Shown in pieces: positions 25,431-40,899 of a stretch of DNA of 64,000 bases. The notes below the pieces were generated by a model, which did not search any database, was not told the origin of the DNA, and was given only the letters and a program-made list of their open reading frames with translations. This DNA is from Eledone cirrhosa. Taxonomy: Eukaryota. Made by a program: the position numbers and the translations under genes. The stretch's first letter is position 1. The number at the start of each line of letters is the position of its first letter. The stretch lies in assembly GCA_964016885.1 (NCBI GenBank), contig OZ024752.1, positions 7,006,001-7,070,000 on the forward strand. The letters run 5' to 3'.

Positions 25431-26148
25431 AACATTGTTGACATGGAACGTTTTAGAACATTTGCTCCTCCACCTTGTCTTTTATGTTCCATGAATTCTA
25501 AATCTGAAAAGTTCAGAATGTTTTTGACAGATCTCAACAAAGACAAAAAGACTATACATTTATTATGATATATAGATTAGTTCAAGCAGATTTTCTTGAA
25601 AGACTTGGAAGACTTATTCTAGCTGGATGCCCTTGCCATCACAAACCATTTAACAAGAAAGCAAAATAAGTTCTCTGTAAAATGGTAGCGGAGCAAGGAT
25701 GTTTATTTCTTTGAAGAGAGGAGTACGGTAGTTCAATCTTCCCAATCCAACTCATATTTCTTTATTCAGTTACTTTAACCAACTTATTCCAGGCTGTGCT
25801 TTACAACAGCTTTACATCCTCCCACCCACTAGAATAATCCATATGTTCTTGATTTGACCTTTTAAAGAAAATGGTATTATATTGGTGCTATAAAAATATA
25901 ATTATAGCTTTTAGGTATTCTTCCGAGGCTATAAATTATCAAATTGTACTCATTGCTAAGCAACTCTTGAATAAAACTTATCACTATAATATCAGGTAGC
26001 TTATTTCACCCCAACCCACAAAACATAATGGGAGAAATTAATAAAAAAAATTATAAATATATAAAATCAATTATATATATATAAAAATGTATGTATGAAC
26101 TTTTCCACCTACACCTTTCCAGTTTTTATATTTGAAAACGAATATCTT

Positions 26149-26237
<89 letters not shown>

Positions 26238-26291
26238 TTCGTTTTTGAATTTGTTTTGCAAGATTTCTTATCAGAAAACATGTGTGGAAAC

Positions 26292-26344
26292 ATTGTTATA
26301 CTTTGGGAGGGTCATGCAGCATGACCTTCCCAAAGTATAACAAT
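26292..26344. repeat. Near-perfect 53-bp palindrome
   Basis: attgttatactttgggagggtcatgc-a-gcatgaccttcccaaagtataacaat. Confidence 0.93.
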
Positions 26345-26351
26345 ATATATG

Positions 26352-26480
26352 TGAGAGAGAGAGAGGGGGGTGGGGAGTGAGAGAGGGAGAGAGAGGGAGA
26401 GAGAGGGAGAGAGAGAGGGAGAGAGAGAGAGAGGGAGAGAGAGAGGGAGAGGGAGAGAGAGAGAGGGGGAGAGAGAGAGG

Positions 26481-26542
<62 letters not shown>

Positions 26543-26593
26543 GGGAGAGAGAGGGAGAGAGAGAGAGGAGAGAGAGAGATAGGGAGAGATAGG

Positions 26594-26629
<36 letters not shown>

Positions 26630-26675
26630 GAGAGAGAGGGAGAGAGAGAGGGAGAGAGAGAGGGAGAGAGAGAGG

Positions 26676-26723
<48 letters not shown>

Positions 26724-26786
26724 GAGAGGGAGTGAGAGAGAGAGGGAGAGAGAGAGGGAGGGAGAGAGAGAGGGAGAGAGGGGGGA
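26352..26786. repeat. (GA)n/(GGGAGA)n polypurine tract
   Basis: Direct inspection. Confidence 0.96.
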
Positions 26787-26912
26787 GTCCCAAGTTTACT
26801 TGAGGTGTAACCACTGTGAGTAAGGTACTCAATACATTAGTAGGGTATATATAAATGGCTTCTACGGGACTAGAACTGTTTCATTCGATGGAAATCATAT
26901 ATATATATATAT

Positions 26913-27027
26913 ATAGGAAAAAGTATGACCCCGACGGCAGAGCTCAAGCCGTTTCGACAGCTATTTCTGGACGAAATAGCTATCGAAACGGCTTGAGCTC
27001 TGCCGTCGGGGTCATACTTTTTCCTAT
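26913..27027. repeat. Fold-back inverted repeat, 55-bp arms, 5-nt loop
   Basis: Arms 26913..26967 and 26973..27027 with one mismatch; GC-rich island between (TA)n runs. Confidence 0.96.
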
Positions 27028-27437
27028 TTCCCACTCTACTACCCTAAGTATTGAGTACTCTGGTGCGTTTATGGTCCATTTGGTTCCTTACCACAATTCT
27101 TTTGTTATATATATATATATATACAGACAGACAGACAGACAGACCCCATGCCAGCAGGGAAAGTTAGGTATACAGAGATGCTCAAAATATATTTTATCTT
27201 CTCCCAAGTTCTCAAATGGTGATTAAATGTAAGAAATACTGAATATTCTGATATTCTAGAAAATTCTAAATCTTTAAGTAGTCTACCTTTATCTGGTGGA
27301 ATCAATCCAATTCTTTATATTTTCACCTGGCAATCAAGGGCTTTTATATTTTCACCTGGGAATCAAGGGCTTTTATGAAGTTTTTTTTTTACAGAATCAG
27401 TCAACATTCTATAAGGTTTTATAGTCACAAGAACATT

Positions 27438-29292
<1,855 letters not shown>

Positions 29293-29294
29293 GG

Positions 29295-29690
29295 ATCATC
29301 ATCATCATTTTACACCTGCTGTTTATGCTTGCCTGGATAGGACAGGTGTTTTCAAGCCCAATATCCCTCCACCTCATGGTTGCCCTTCATAAGCTCCCCC
29401 AAGAACTTCAGTAATTTGAGACCAGCTCTCACCACCTCTGCCCAGGTCTTCCTTAGTCTACCTTTACTGCAGCTTCCTTCCACTGGATTTCTTGGCACTT
29501 CTTCACCTAATCATCATCATCATCATCCAAACACACATCACATATCTACACCAACACATCTTCTCTCTTACACACTACATCTCATTCCTCTTGTACCCAG
29601 CTTTTCCCTCAGCTCACACATACAAACGTCTGTGGAGTACTCAACCACTTCACATCCACCAACGCTGTATACAAACCCAGACTGGGTGAG
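29295..29690 (-). mobile_element. Diverged RTE (family B-like) 3' fragment
   Basis: (TCA)n tail; minus strand reads PVEGSCSKGRLRKTWAEVVRAGLKLLK. Confidence 0.7.
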
Positions 29691-30069
29691 GGATGTTATA
29701 TAAAATCTCAATATGTAAATATCACCAACATTTCAATCTAAGGCAGATCATATGAAGAGAAGGTATTGTTTATTTGAGTAGTTTCATTGTAAGAAAGTTA
29801 AGATATATATAAATGAAAAGTATAGAAATTGTTGTAGCGAGAAGCTAACAGTATTCCATAACATATAACATATATGTGACTATAGCGTCAAAATGGGAAA
29901 ATAGTTAACATAAGATATGGGAAAGAGAGAGAGAGAGAGCGAGAGCGAGAGAGAGAGCGAGAGCGAGAGCGAGAGAGAGAGCGAGAGCGAGAGAGAGAGC
30001 GAGAGCGAGAGAGAAAGAGAGAGAGAAGTATATTTATATATATATAGATATATATAACATAAAAAATAA

Positions 30070-30256
30070 TTGTTTCTACTTTAGGCACAAGGCCAGCAAT
30101 TACCCAGTGCATTACTGGTACTTTATTTTATCGACCCCGTAAGGATGAAAGGCAAAGTTAACCTCGGCGGGATTAGAACTCAGATCGTAAAGGGACGTAA
30201 CTATGCTGGAAAGCATGGCGTCCGACCCTCTACCGATACTGCCAATCCACCAGCCT
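30070..30256 (-). mobile_element. SINE S1
   Basis: Near-identical to 16890..17078. Confidence 0.85.
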
Positions 30257-30296
30257 TAACATAAAAAATAATAGTAGTGAGAAGTAGTTATATATA

Positions 30297-30327
<31 letters not shown>

Positions 30328-30599
30328 AATATATATATTTATTTATATATATATATATATATTTTCTATACCTTTCATTTATATATATATATATATATAT
30401 ATACACACGCATATATATATATAACATAAAAATAATAGTAGTGAGAAGTAGATATCTGATATGTTACTAATTCTAATGTGTTAGAGCTTTAGTTGTTACA
30501 CCTGAGGAAATCTCCACAATTAGAACACAGGTAAATATTATATTCTAGGAAATTGCTTAGAGTTACATGGAAATAAAATTCCTGATAGAAGTCATCTTG

Positions 30600-30627
30600 G
30601 TGTGTGTGTGTGTATATATATATATAC

Positions 30628-30661
<34 letters not shown>

Positions 30662-30990
30662 TACATACAGACATATATCTACACACATACACACACATAT
30701 CTACACTCACATCTACACACATCTACACTCACACACATATCTACACACACACACATCTACACACACACACACACACACACATATCTACACACACACACAC
30801 ACATCTACACACATACACACACACACATCTACACACATACACACACATATCTACACTCACATATCTACACAAATCTACACTCGCACACACACACACACAC
30901 ACATCTACACACACATCTACACACACACACACATCTACACACACACACACATCTACATCTACACACATACACATACACATATCTACACAA
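30600..30990. repeat. (TA)/(CA)-atct microsatellite
   Basis: Direct inspection. Confidence 0.95.
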
Positions 30991-31002
30991 AGTTAGGTCA
31001 GG

Positions 31003-33943
31003 TGAGAAGATGGAGAGGCTGGAGAAGATGGAGAAGATGGAGAGGCTGGAGAAGATGGAGAGGCTGGAGAAGATGGAGAGGCTGGAGAAGATGGAGAGGC
31101 TGGAGAAGATGGAGAAGATGAAGATGGAGAAGATGGAGAGGCTGGAGAGGCTGGAGAAGATGGAGAAGATGGAGAGGCTGGAGAAGATGGAGAGGCTGGA
31201 GAAGATGGAGAGGCTGGAGAAGATGGAGAAGATGGAGAGGCTGGAGAAGATGGAGAGGCTGGAGAAGATGGAGAGGATGGAGAAGATGGAGAGGCTGGAG
31301 AAGATGGAGAGGCTGGAGAAGATGGAGAGGCTGGAGAAGATGGAGAAGATGGAGAGGCTGGAGAAGATGGAGAAGATGGAGAAGATGGAGAGGCTGGAGA
31401 AGATGGAGAAGATGGAGAGGCTGGAGAAGATGGAGAAGATGGAGAGGCTGGAGAAGATGGAGAAGATGGAGAAGATGGAGAGGCTGGAGAAGATGGAAAA
31501 GATGGAGAAGATGGAGAGGCTGGAGAAGATGGAGAGGCTGGAGAAGATGGAGAGGCTGGAGAAGATGGAGAAGATGGAGAAGATGGAGAGGCTGGAGAAG
31601 ATGGAGAGGCTGGAGAAGATGGAGAAGATGGAGAGGCTGGAGAAGATGGAGAGGCTGGAGAAGATGGAGAGGCTGTAGAAGATGGAGAAGATGGAGAAGA
31701 TGGAGAGGCTGGAGAAGATGGAGAAGATGGAGAAGATGGAGAGGCTGGAGAAGATGGAGAAGATGGAGAGGCTGGAGAAGATGGAGAAGATGGAGAGGCT
31801 GGAGAAAATGGAGAGGCTGGAGAGGATGAAGATGGAGAGGCTGGAGAAGATGGAGAAGATGGAGAGGCTGGAGAAGATGGAGAAGATGGAGAGGCTGGAG
31901 AAGATGGAGAAGATGGAGAATATGGAGAAGATGGAGAGGCTGGAGAAGATGGAGAGGCTGGAGAAGATGGAGAGGCTGGAGAAGATGGAGAAGATGAAGA
32001 TGGAGAGGCTGGAGAAGATGGAGAGGCTGGAGAAGATGGAGAAGATGAAGAGGCTGGAGAAGATGGAGAGGCTGGAGAGGCTGGAGAAGATGGAGAGGCT
32101 GGAGAAGATGGAGAAGATGGAGAGGCTGGAGAAGATGGAGAAGATGGAGAGGCTGGAGAAGATGGAGAAGATGGAGAGGCTGGAGAAGATGGAGAGGCTG
32201 GAGAAGATGAAGATGGAGAAGATGGAGAGGCTGGAGAAGATGGAGAGGCTGGAGAAGATGGAGAAGATGGAGAGGCTGGAGAAGATGGAGAAGATGGAGA
32301 GGCTGGAGAAGATGAAGAGGCTGGAGAAGATGGAGAGGCTGGAGAGGCTGGAGAAGATGGAGAGGCTGGAGAAGATGGAGAAGATGGAGAGGCTGGAGAA
32401 GATGGAGAAGATGGAGAGGCTGGAGAAGATGGAGAAGATGGAGAGGCTGGAGAAGATGGAGAAGCTGGAGAAGATGGAGAAGATGGAGAGGCTGGAGAAG
32501 ATGGAGAAGATGGAGAAGATGGAGAAGATGGAGAGGCTGGAGAAGATGGAGAAGATGGAGAGGCTGGAGAAGATGGAGAAGATGGAGAGGCTGGAGAAAA
32601 TGGAGAGGCTGGAGAAGATGGAGAGGCTGGAGAAGATGGAGAGGCTGGAGAAGATGGAGAAGATGGAGAGGCTGGAGAAGATGGAGAAGATGGAGAGGCT
32701 GGAGAAGATGGAGAAGATGGAGAGGATGGAGAGGATGGAGAAGATGGAGAGGCTGGAGAAGATGGAGAGGCTGGAGAAGATGGAGAAGATGAAGAGGCTG
32801 GAGAAGATGGAGAAGATGGAGAAGATGAAGAGGCTGGAGAAGATGGAGAAGATGAAGAGGCTGGAGAAGATGGAGAGGCTGGAGAAGATGAAGAGGCTGG
32901 AGAAGATGAAGAGGCTGGAGAAGATGGAGAGGCTGGAGAAGATGGAGAGGCTGGAGAAGATGGAGAAGATGGAGAAGATGGAGAAGATGGAGAGGCTGGA
33001 GAAGATGGAGAAGATGGAGAAGATGGAGAGGCTGGAGAAGATGGAGAGGCTGGAGAAGATGGAGAGGCTGGAGAGGCTGGAGAAGATGGAGAGGCTGGAG
33101 AAGATGGAGAAGATGGAGAAGATGGAGAGGCTGGAGAAGATGGAGAAGATGGAGAGGCTGGAGAAGATGGAGAAGATGGAGAGGCTGGAGAAGATGGAGA
33201 AGATGGAGAGGCTGGAGAAGATGGAGAGGCTGGAGAAGATGGAGAAGATGGAGAAGATGGAGAAGATGAAGAGGCTGGAGAAGATGAAGAGGATGGAGAG
33301 GCTGGAGAAGATGGAGAGGCTGGAGAAGATGGAGAAGATGGAGAAGATGGAGAGGCTGGAGAAGATGGAGAAGATGGAGAGGCTGGAGAAGATGAAGAGG
33401 CTGGAGAAGATGGAGAAGATGGAGAGGCTGGAGAAGATGAAGAGGCTGGAGAAGATGGAGAAGATGGAGAGGCTGGAGAAGATGGAGAGGCTGGAGAAGA
33501 TGAAGAGGCTGGAGAAGATGGAGAGGCTGGAGAAGATGGAGAGGCTGGAGAAGATGGAGAGGCTGGAGAAGATGGAGAAGATGGAGAAGATGGAGAAGAT
33601 GAAGAGGCTGGAGAAGATGGAGAGGCTGGAGAAGATGGAGAAGATGAAGAGGCTGGAGAAGATGAAGAGGATGGAGAGGCTGGAGCAGATGGAGAGGCTG
33701 GAGAAGATGGAGAGGCTGGAGAAGATGGAGAGGCTGGAGAAGATGGAGAGGCTGGAGAAGATGGAGAAGATGGAGAGGCTGGAGAAGATGGAGAGGCTGG
33801 AGAAGATGGAGAGGCTGGAGAAGATGGAGAGGCTGGAGAAGATGGAGAAGATGGAGAGGCTGGAGAGGCTGGAGAAGATGGAGAGGATGGAGAGGCTGGA
33901 GAAGATGGAGAAGATGGAGAAGATGGAGAAGATGGAGAAGATG
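31003..33943. repeat. 9-bp minisatellite (ggagaagat / ggagaggct), ~325 units
   Basis: Two dominant unit variants; generates the MEK/MER/LEK and SPS ORFs. Confidence 0.98.
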
Positions 33944-33949
33944 CAGGAA

Positions 33950-34430
33950 GGTTTATGTTGTGTCCAAGAAAGAAGACAGCGGCCACAACAACACTCCTCA
34001 CAGACAATAGACAATCTTACAAATACTTCTGAGTGGGTAACAGTTATTGGAGTGGTCATTCTGGTAGCAAAGAAATGGCCAGATACGGTGATTGAGCTGG
34101 TCAATGCAAGTGACAGAATCATTAAACCTTTAGCATTTAAACCGGCCATAACCGGCCAGAATTCTCTCACCTCTTTCTGTTCAAACTGGCCATAACCAGC
34201 CACTCATACTTATGTTAAGGTATTGTTCTCAAAATAAATAATATCAAAGTGTCATAGTTTCAACACTATGTGAGATAATTATGTGAGATAAAACCCTTAC
34301 CACAAAAATACAATAGCAGAGTAATGTAAATGGTAAAGGGTTAAACATGGGGGAAAGTGATAAGGACTGTCCTGAAAATGTTGGAGCTGACAGAGGAGAT
34401 GACACAGGATCAAGTCAACTGGTGATATGT
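33950..34430 (+). mobile_element. Jumbled RTE relics flanking a MITE
   Basis: CCVQERR; GVVILVAKKWPDTVIELVNASDRII (APE-like); TWGKVIRTVLKMLELTEEMTQD (C-terminus-like). Confidence 0.55.
34122..34344 (+). mobile_element. piggyBac-like MITE (family P1)
   Basis: TTAA at both ends, (a/c)cctttagcattta ... taaatggtaaaggg TIRs; further copies at 49253, 51705 and 52209. Confidence 0.85.
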
Positions 34431-34431
34431 C

Positions 34432-34640
34432 ATACTACAGATGTCTGACACATGTAGAGATATGGGGAGGGTGGTAGTACAGATGTCTGACACATGTAGA
34501 GATATGGGAAGGGTGATACTACAGATGGCTGACACATGTAGAGATATGGGGAGCTGGTACTACAGATGTCTGACATGTAGAGATATGGGAGGGTGGTAGT
34601 ACAGATGTCTGACACATGTAGAGACATGGGGAGGGTGGCT
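34432..34640. repeat. ~43-bp minisatellite, ~5 copies
   Basis: tacagatgtctgacacatgtagagatatgggga recurs. Confidence 0.85.
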
Positions 34641-36394
34641 GTAAAAAGCAGAAAGATAGAACACAACTGAGGCTGCTCCTATTATCACTCACCCCTTATT
34701 ATCCTCCCTCCACCTAGTCTCCCCTCCCACACACTAGATTCCCCCCTCCCACAAACTTAATCTTCTTCAGTCACATCCCTGACTCTTCTTCTGACCTATT
34801 TAGTCTAAAACCATGACAACCTATCCAACCCACATCATTTCAGATAGCAGACAGAAAATGATGATGATGACGACGATGATGATGACAATGATGATGATGA
34901 TGACAATGATGATGATGATGACAGTGGTGATGATGATGACAGTGGTGATGATGATGACAATGATGATGACAAAAAACTCTTGTAATCATAATCATGCAGC
35001 GAAATGTCTCTGTAGACAGAACTGATTGATCTATTGGAAAGAACTGAAGATTAGTTTTATTCTCCATGAAATCCATTATCAACTCTGTTCTTTATTATCA
35101 ACTCCAGAAAGCACTGGAAGTTTTAATTGGTGATTGAGTAACTAGAAACTGATATATATGGAATGGCAATAACACCTGTTCTGTGAGAGTTTAGCATTGT
35201 TTTAGAAGATTTGCTAACATATGGCTGGAAATAAGCAAATCAAACCTAAAATCTTACAGAAAATTTGCTGATACATTTGTCATATTTATAAAACCCGATA
35301 AATGAGATTTAGATTAACAGGGGTCAACTGTCAGATCAGACCAAGGAAACTATGTTTCTAAAAGTCTGTTTCACCTCTTTCTGCTATATTTATTACCAGG
35401 GGTCAACTGTCAGATCAGACCAAGGATGCTTCTATAAAAGTCTTTATTTCACCTCTCTCTGCTCTGAGTTCAAACCCCACTGATATCAATTTTTCCTTTC
35501 ATTCTTTTAAGGGTTGACAGAAAAGTAGCAATCCAGGGATAGGGGTTGTCAACTGGCAGAATTGTTAATATGTCGAATGGGAAGTTTTGTAATATTTGTT
35601 CCGGTTCAGTACATTCTGAGTTTAAATCCTGCCTCTTGAAGTTTCAGCCAGGAGTTACAACTGGCAGGTAGAGTACAGTATTACTAATAAAATGATAAAT
35701 GGAAACAGTTTCCTTTGTCCAATCAAATCATCAGTTCCTTTCCTTTTCTGTCCTTCACAGAATCTGCATCAGTTTTAAAGACATCAATGCCATGTGTTTC
35801 TTTGGTCACATCTTACATATTACAGTTAACTATCTCATTGTATGTTAAGAAGATAGAATGGATTCAGCATCTTAAAGGCAGTTATTGATTCTATGCTGTT
35901 CAATCAATAAATGTAACCAGAACTAGTCTAGCATTCATCATTACACCAGAATGGTGTGGGTGGTGGCGTAGGTGGAGACAAGTGTTTAAAAACATCCCTT
36001 ATCCTTTGGCAAAATCTACCTTGTCTAACTACTTGACTGTAATTGGGTAAAGAAAGGTATCCAGTGGAAGAAGAAGAATTTAGCCATGGAAACTAAGCTA
36101 AGAAAAACATTGAGAAGACTTTACAGTTGTATGAAGGACATGACACACTATCTAGTGTTGGTGCTACAATAAAATATACTAAACTACACTTTGTTAAGTG
36201 GTTGATGTTAAGGAGAGCATCCAGCTGTAGAAACCCTGACAAAAGAGGGTTGAGATAGATTTTCGGTCATGTCAAGAACATGGCATCTTATTCTAGATCT
36301 AATGACATTCTGTAAAGTGGATAGCATTAGGAAGAACAGCTGTAGAAAGTTGTTCTTTGACAACATCTACTACCAATACCGACATGGAACAGGT

Positions 36395-36840
36395 GCTGGT
36401 GGTGACAGTGGTAGTGGTGGTGGAGTGGTGGTGGTGGAGATGGTGGTGGAGGTGGTGGTGGTGGTGGTGGCGGTGGTGGTGGTGGTGGTGGTGGTGGTGG
36501 CAGTGGCGGTGGTGGCGATGGTGGTGGTAGTGGTGGTGGTGGTGGTGATAATGGTGGCAAAGGTGGTGGTGGCGAAGGTAGTGGTGGTGGCGAAGGTGGT
36601 GGTGGTGGCGAAGGTGGTGGTGGTGGCGAAGGTGGTGGTGGTGGCGAAGGTGGTGGTGGTGGCGAAGGTGGTGGTGGTGGCGAAGGTGGTGGTGGTGGCG
36701 AAGGTGGTGGTGGTGGCGAAGGTGGTGGTGGTGGCGAAGGTGGTGGTGGTGGCGAAGGTGGTGGTGGTGGCGAAGGTGGTGGTGGTGGCGAAGGTGGTGA
36801 TGGTGGCGAAGGTGGTGATGGTGGTGGTGGTGATGATGTT
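36395..36840. repeat. (GGT)n with 18-bp ggcgaaggtggtggtggt sub-array
   Basis: Direct inspection. Confidence 0.95.
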
Positions 36841-36859
36841 GAGCCAATGAGGGGACTGG

Positions 36860-37062
36860 GTTGTGTGTTGTGTTCTTGAGCAAAACACTTCATTTCACGT
36901 TACTCCAGTATACTCAGCTGAACACCAGTACCAGCAGCAGCAGTAGATGAGGGTTTAACCCTGCAATGGACTGGTGTCTTGTCCAGGGGGGTTGTGTACT
37001 CTCAGTCAGTTAACGCCATGGAAACTGGGATTAACACCAGTGTGATGAGCGTCCGGGCTCAA
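36860..37062 (+). mobile_element. CORE-type SINE fragment
   Basis: gttgtgttcttgagcaaaacacttcatttcac...ctccag...ctcagctg is shared with the reverse complement of 56640..56700. Confidence 0.6.
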
Positions 37063-37118
37063 AATAAACTTTAGAAGTCAGAAGAAAAGAAGAAAGTCTC
37101 CTCATCGGAAGACCTGGC

Positions 37119-37319
37119 CTGAATACTTGCAGCAGAGTGGACTCCACTGAATACTTGCAGCAGAGTGGACTCCACTGAATACTTGCAGCAGAGTGGACTC
37201 CACTGAATACTTGCAGCAGAGTGGACTCCACTGAATACTTGCAGCAGAGTGGACTCCACTGAATACTTGCAGCAGAGTGGACTCCACTGAATACTTGCAG
37301 CAGAGTGGACTCCACTGAA
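37119..37319. repeat. 28-bp minisatellite, 7 identical copies
   Basis: gaatacttgcagcagagtggactccact at 37121, 37149 and onward. Confidence 0.97.
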
Positions 37320-37549
37320 GCTACCCAGAGTTAGGTGCTGATGTTAAACTGGCTGACCAATTAAGTTTAACACACAGGTAGGCCACAACAGGATCTAAAT
37401 TTACATTACAAACAACCAAAACAAATACCACAAGGCATCTACACTCTCAATATATAGTAGATATGGTTATAAAAGGATATATCTAAAACATTTGTTCATA
37501 ATTTTAAGTTAGAACTTCGGTTAAATTATGTTCCAAACACCAGCTTCTA

Positions 37550-37914
37550 ATTGTTTCTACTTTTGGCACAAGGTACTTTATATTATCGACCCCGTAAGGA
37601 TGAAAGGCAAAGTAAACCTCGACGGGATCTGAACTCAGACCGTAAAGGGACGTAACTATGCTAGAAAGCATGGCGTCCAACCCTCTACCGATACTGCCAA
37701 TTCACTGCCCTAATAATTGTTTCTACTTTTGGCACAAGGCCAGCAATTATCCCAGTGTATTACTGGTACTTTATTTTATCGATCCTGTAAGGATGAAGGG
37801 CAATGTAAACCTCGACGGGATTTGAACTCAGACCATAAAGGGCCGTAACTCTATGCTGCAAAGCATGGCATCCGACCCTCTACCAATACTGCCATTCCAT
37901 GCAGTTCACTGCCC
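37550..37914 (-). mobile_element. Two tandem SINE S1 copies
   Basis: Both match 30070..30256. Confidence 0.85.
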
Positions 37915-37934
37915 TTATAATGAAGTCCTATTAC

Positions 37935-38092
37935 TACAGCTTCTGTTATAACAAATACCATTATAATGAATTTTTCAGAATAATGAAATGTTTTTCAATC
38001 CCCAAGGTAATAACAAACAAATGATTGATTTTTCATCACAACAAAATTTTTTTTATATTCCTTGAATTTCGTTATAACGGAATTTCACTGTA
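37935..38092. mobile_element. Possible Tigger/pogo-like MITE
   Basis: TA-cag...gttataac at the left end and cgttataacggaatttcactg-TA at the right end. Confidence 0.5.
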
Positions 38093-38467
38093 ATACTAAA
38101 ATGTTAGTCATATTAGTAATACTAAATCCCTCCAAATACTTGATTATTTTCAAAATTATTTGAAAGCTATAGGTAGCAACTTTCACTCAAAATATGGTAA
38201 CAAAATGGTTTAATCAAGTTTGGCATACTATCTTGCAACAGAACAGATAAGAAGAGAGAAAACAAACAATTTGATAATGAAACACCAAACAAACGAGAAA
38301 CTGATAATTTAGTTACATAATTTACAGTTTGGAGATTAAATTTACTCTCCTGAGAACAGAATAGATAAGGCATACATCTCATACCAACTTAGGTAGGTAG
38401 CAGCTTCCAAGTTTTTTAATTTCTGATATCTAATTAAATAAGTTTTAACAAAGACAACTCTTTTTCT

Positions 38468-39930
38468 TTCCTTTTTACCATATTTCTAATGAAAGACACT
38501 GTCTATGTCTTTAACCCTTCCATTACCATATTTCTAATGAAAGACACTGTCTATGTCTTTAACCCTTTCATTACCATATTTCTAATGAAAGACACTGTCT
38601 ATGTCATTAACCCTTTCATTACCATATTTCTAATGAAAGACACTGTCTATGTCTTTAACCCTTTCATTACCATATTTCTAATGAAAGACACTGTCTATGT
38701 CTTTAACACTTTCATTACCATATTTCTAATGAAAGACACTGTCTATGTCTTTAACCCTTTCGTTACCATATTTCTAATGAAAGACACTGTCTATGTCTTT
38801 AACCCTTTCATTACCATATTTCTAATGAAAGACACTGTCTATGTCTTTAACCCTTTCATTACCATATTTCTAATGAAAGACACTGTCTATGTCTTTAACC
38901 CTTTCGTTACCATATTTCTAATGAAAGACACTGTCTATGTCTTTAACCCTTCCATTACCATATTTCTAATGAAAGACACTGTCTATGTCTTTAACCCTTT
39001 CGTTACCATATTTCTAATGAAAGACACTGTCTATGTCTTTAACCCTTTCATTACCATATTTCTAATGAAAGACACTGTCTATGCCTTTAACCCTTTCATT
39101 ACCATATTTCTAATGGAAGACACTGTCTATGTCATTAACCCTTTCATTACTATATTTCTAATGAAAGACACTGTCTATGTCTTTAACCCTTTCGTTACCA
39201 TATTTCTAATGAAAGACACTGTCTATGTCTTTAACCCTTTCGTTACCATATTTCTAATGAAAGACACTGTCTATGTCTTTAACCCTTTCATTACCATATT
39301 TCTAATGAAAGACACTGTCTATGTCTTTAACCCTTTCATTACCATATTTCTAATGAAAGACACTGTCTATGTCATTAACCCTTTCATTACTATATTTCTA
39401 ATGAAAGACACTGTCTATGTCTTTAACCCTTTCGTTACCATATTTCTAATGAAAGACACTGTCTATGTCTTTAACCCTTTCGTTACCATATTTCTAATGA
39501 AAGACACTGTCTATGTCTTTAACCCTTTCATTACCATATTTCTAATGAAAGACACTGTCTATGTCTTTAACCCTTTCATTACCATATTTCTAATGAAAGA
39601 CACTGTCTATGTCTTTAACCCTTTCGTTACCATATTTCTAATGAAAGACACTGTCTATGTCTTTAACCCTCTCATTACCATATTTCTAATGAAAAACACT
39701 GTCTATGTCATTAACCCTCTCATTACCATATTTCTAATGAAAGACACTGTCTATGTCATTAACCCTTTCATTACCATATTTCTAATGAAAGACACTACCT
39801 ATGTCTTTAACCCTTTCATTACCATATTTCTAATGAAAGACACTACCTATGTCTTTAACCCTTCCATTACCATATTTCTAATGAAAGTCCGTCTTTTAAC
39901 CCCTTCATTACTATATTTCTAATGAAAGAC
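38468..39930. repeat. 48-bp minisatellite, ~30 copies (array 1)
   Basis: taaccctttcattaccatatttctaatgaaagacactgtctatgtctt; 16-aa periodic ORF. Confidence 0.98.
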
Positions 39931-39931
39931 A

Positions 39932-40247
39932 AGTTGAAAGAGAAACTGTGTATAAGAGGGATAAGTTGTGGTGTGCGGGAGAGAAGACTACGATGGTATG
40001 GACATGAGATACGCATGGAGGATGACCACTGGGTAAAGAAGTGCCAAGAAAACCCAGTAGAAGGAAGACGTGGTAGAGGTAGACCACGAAAATCATGGGT
40101 AGAGGTGGTGAGAGCAGACGTCAGATCGCTGAAACTCACAGAGGAGGTGACGAAGGACCGTGACAAGTGGAGAGATGCTGTGCTGAATAGGACCCTCCCA
40201 CCCTTGCAAACAGGGAAAAGTGGACGTAAAATGATGATGATGATGAT
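39932..40247 (+). mobile_element. RTE family B 3' fragment
   Basis: RLRWYGHEIRMEDD...GRGRPRKSW; tail cccacccttgcaaacaggg...aaaatgatgatg as at 13780..13830. Confidence 0.9.
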
Positions 40248-40311
40248 CTTGGCAGTTATTCTGTGTTTCATCTTTTGGTTGAATTTATATTTTCTGAAGA
40301 AGCTTTTCATT

Positions 40312-40630
40312 ATTTGTTTCTACTTTTGGCACAAGGCCAGCAATTACCCCAGTGTATTTATTTTATCGACCCCCGTATTGATGAAAGGCAAAGTTAACCT
40401 CGGCAGGATTTGACCTCAGAACATAAAGGGCATTAACTCTATGCTGCGAAGCATGGTGTCTGACGCTCTACCAAACTGCCAATCCATCGCCTAGAAACAG
40501 GATTGTATAAAATATAGCTAGAAACTATATTTTATACAGAAGTAAGTTTGTGTCACAGAGACAAAATAATTGTTTCTACTTTTGGTACAAGGCCAGCAAT
40601 TACCCAGTGCATTACTGGTACTTTATTTTA
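40312..40630 (-). mobile_element. SINE S1 plus a partial copy
   Basis: Matches other S1 copies. Confidence 0.8.
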
Positions 40631-40899
40631 ATGACAGCTGCTGTCCTGTAGGTTGTGTTGTAGAAACTTCTGACATCCTGGGTACTGAAACCATGAACTT
40701 TTTCACTGCAGATGGTCAACAACAAAACAAGAAACCCTGTCGGGTGTGTGTGTGTGTGGGGGGGGGGGGCAGCTTTCTTCAGCACATCTCTCTCACCTGC
40801 CTCTGTCCTACCTTTTCATTACCTCCATCCAATCCAGAACGTTCTCACCTCTGTTGGAGGAACCCCTCCCTGGTTGACCACCACTTTGTTTGGTTTTGA

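Noticed and set aside
26965-27000. Hammerhead at the hairpin centre (CTGGACGA...GAAAC)
   Set aside because: Extra base in the core and no NUH/stem I or III partner found.
30865-34203. 1112-aa and 1004-aa minus-strand ORFs
   Set aside because: Antisense frames of the 9-bp array; flanking parts are MITE/RTE relics.
38388-38430. Minus-strand exon candidate YQKLKNLEAATYLS
   Set aside because: Weak splice signals and phase 2-2, incompatible with the other candidates.
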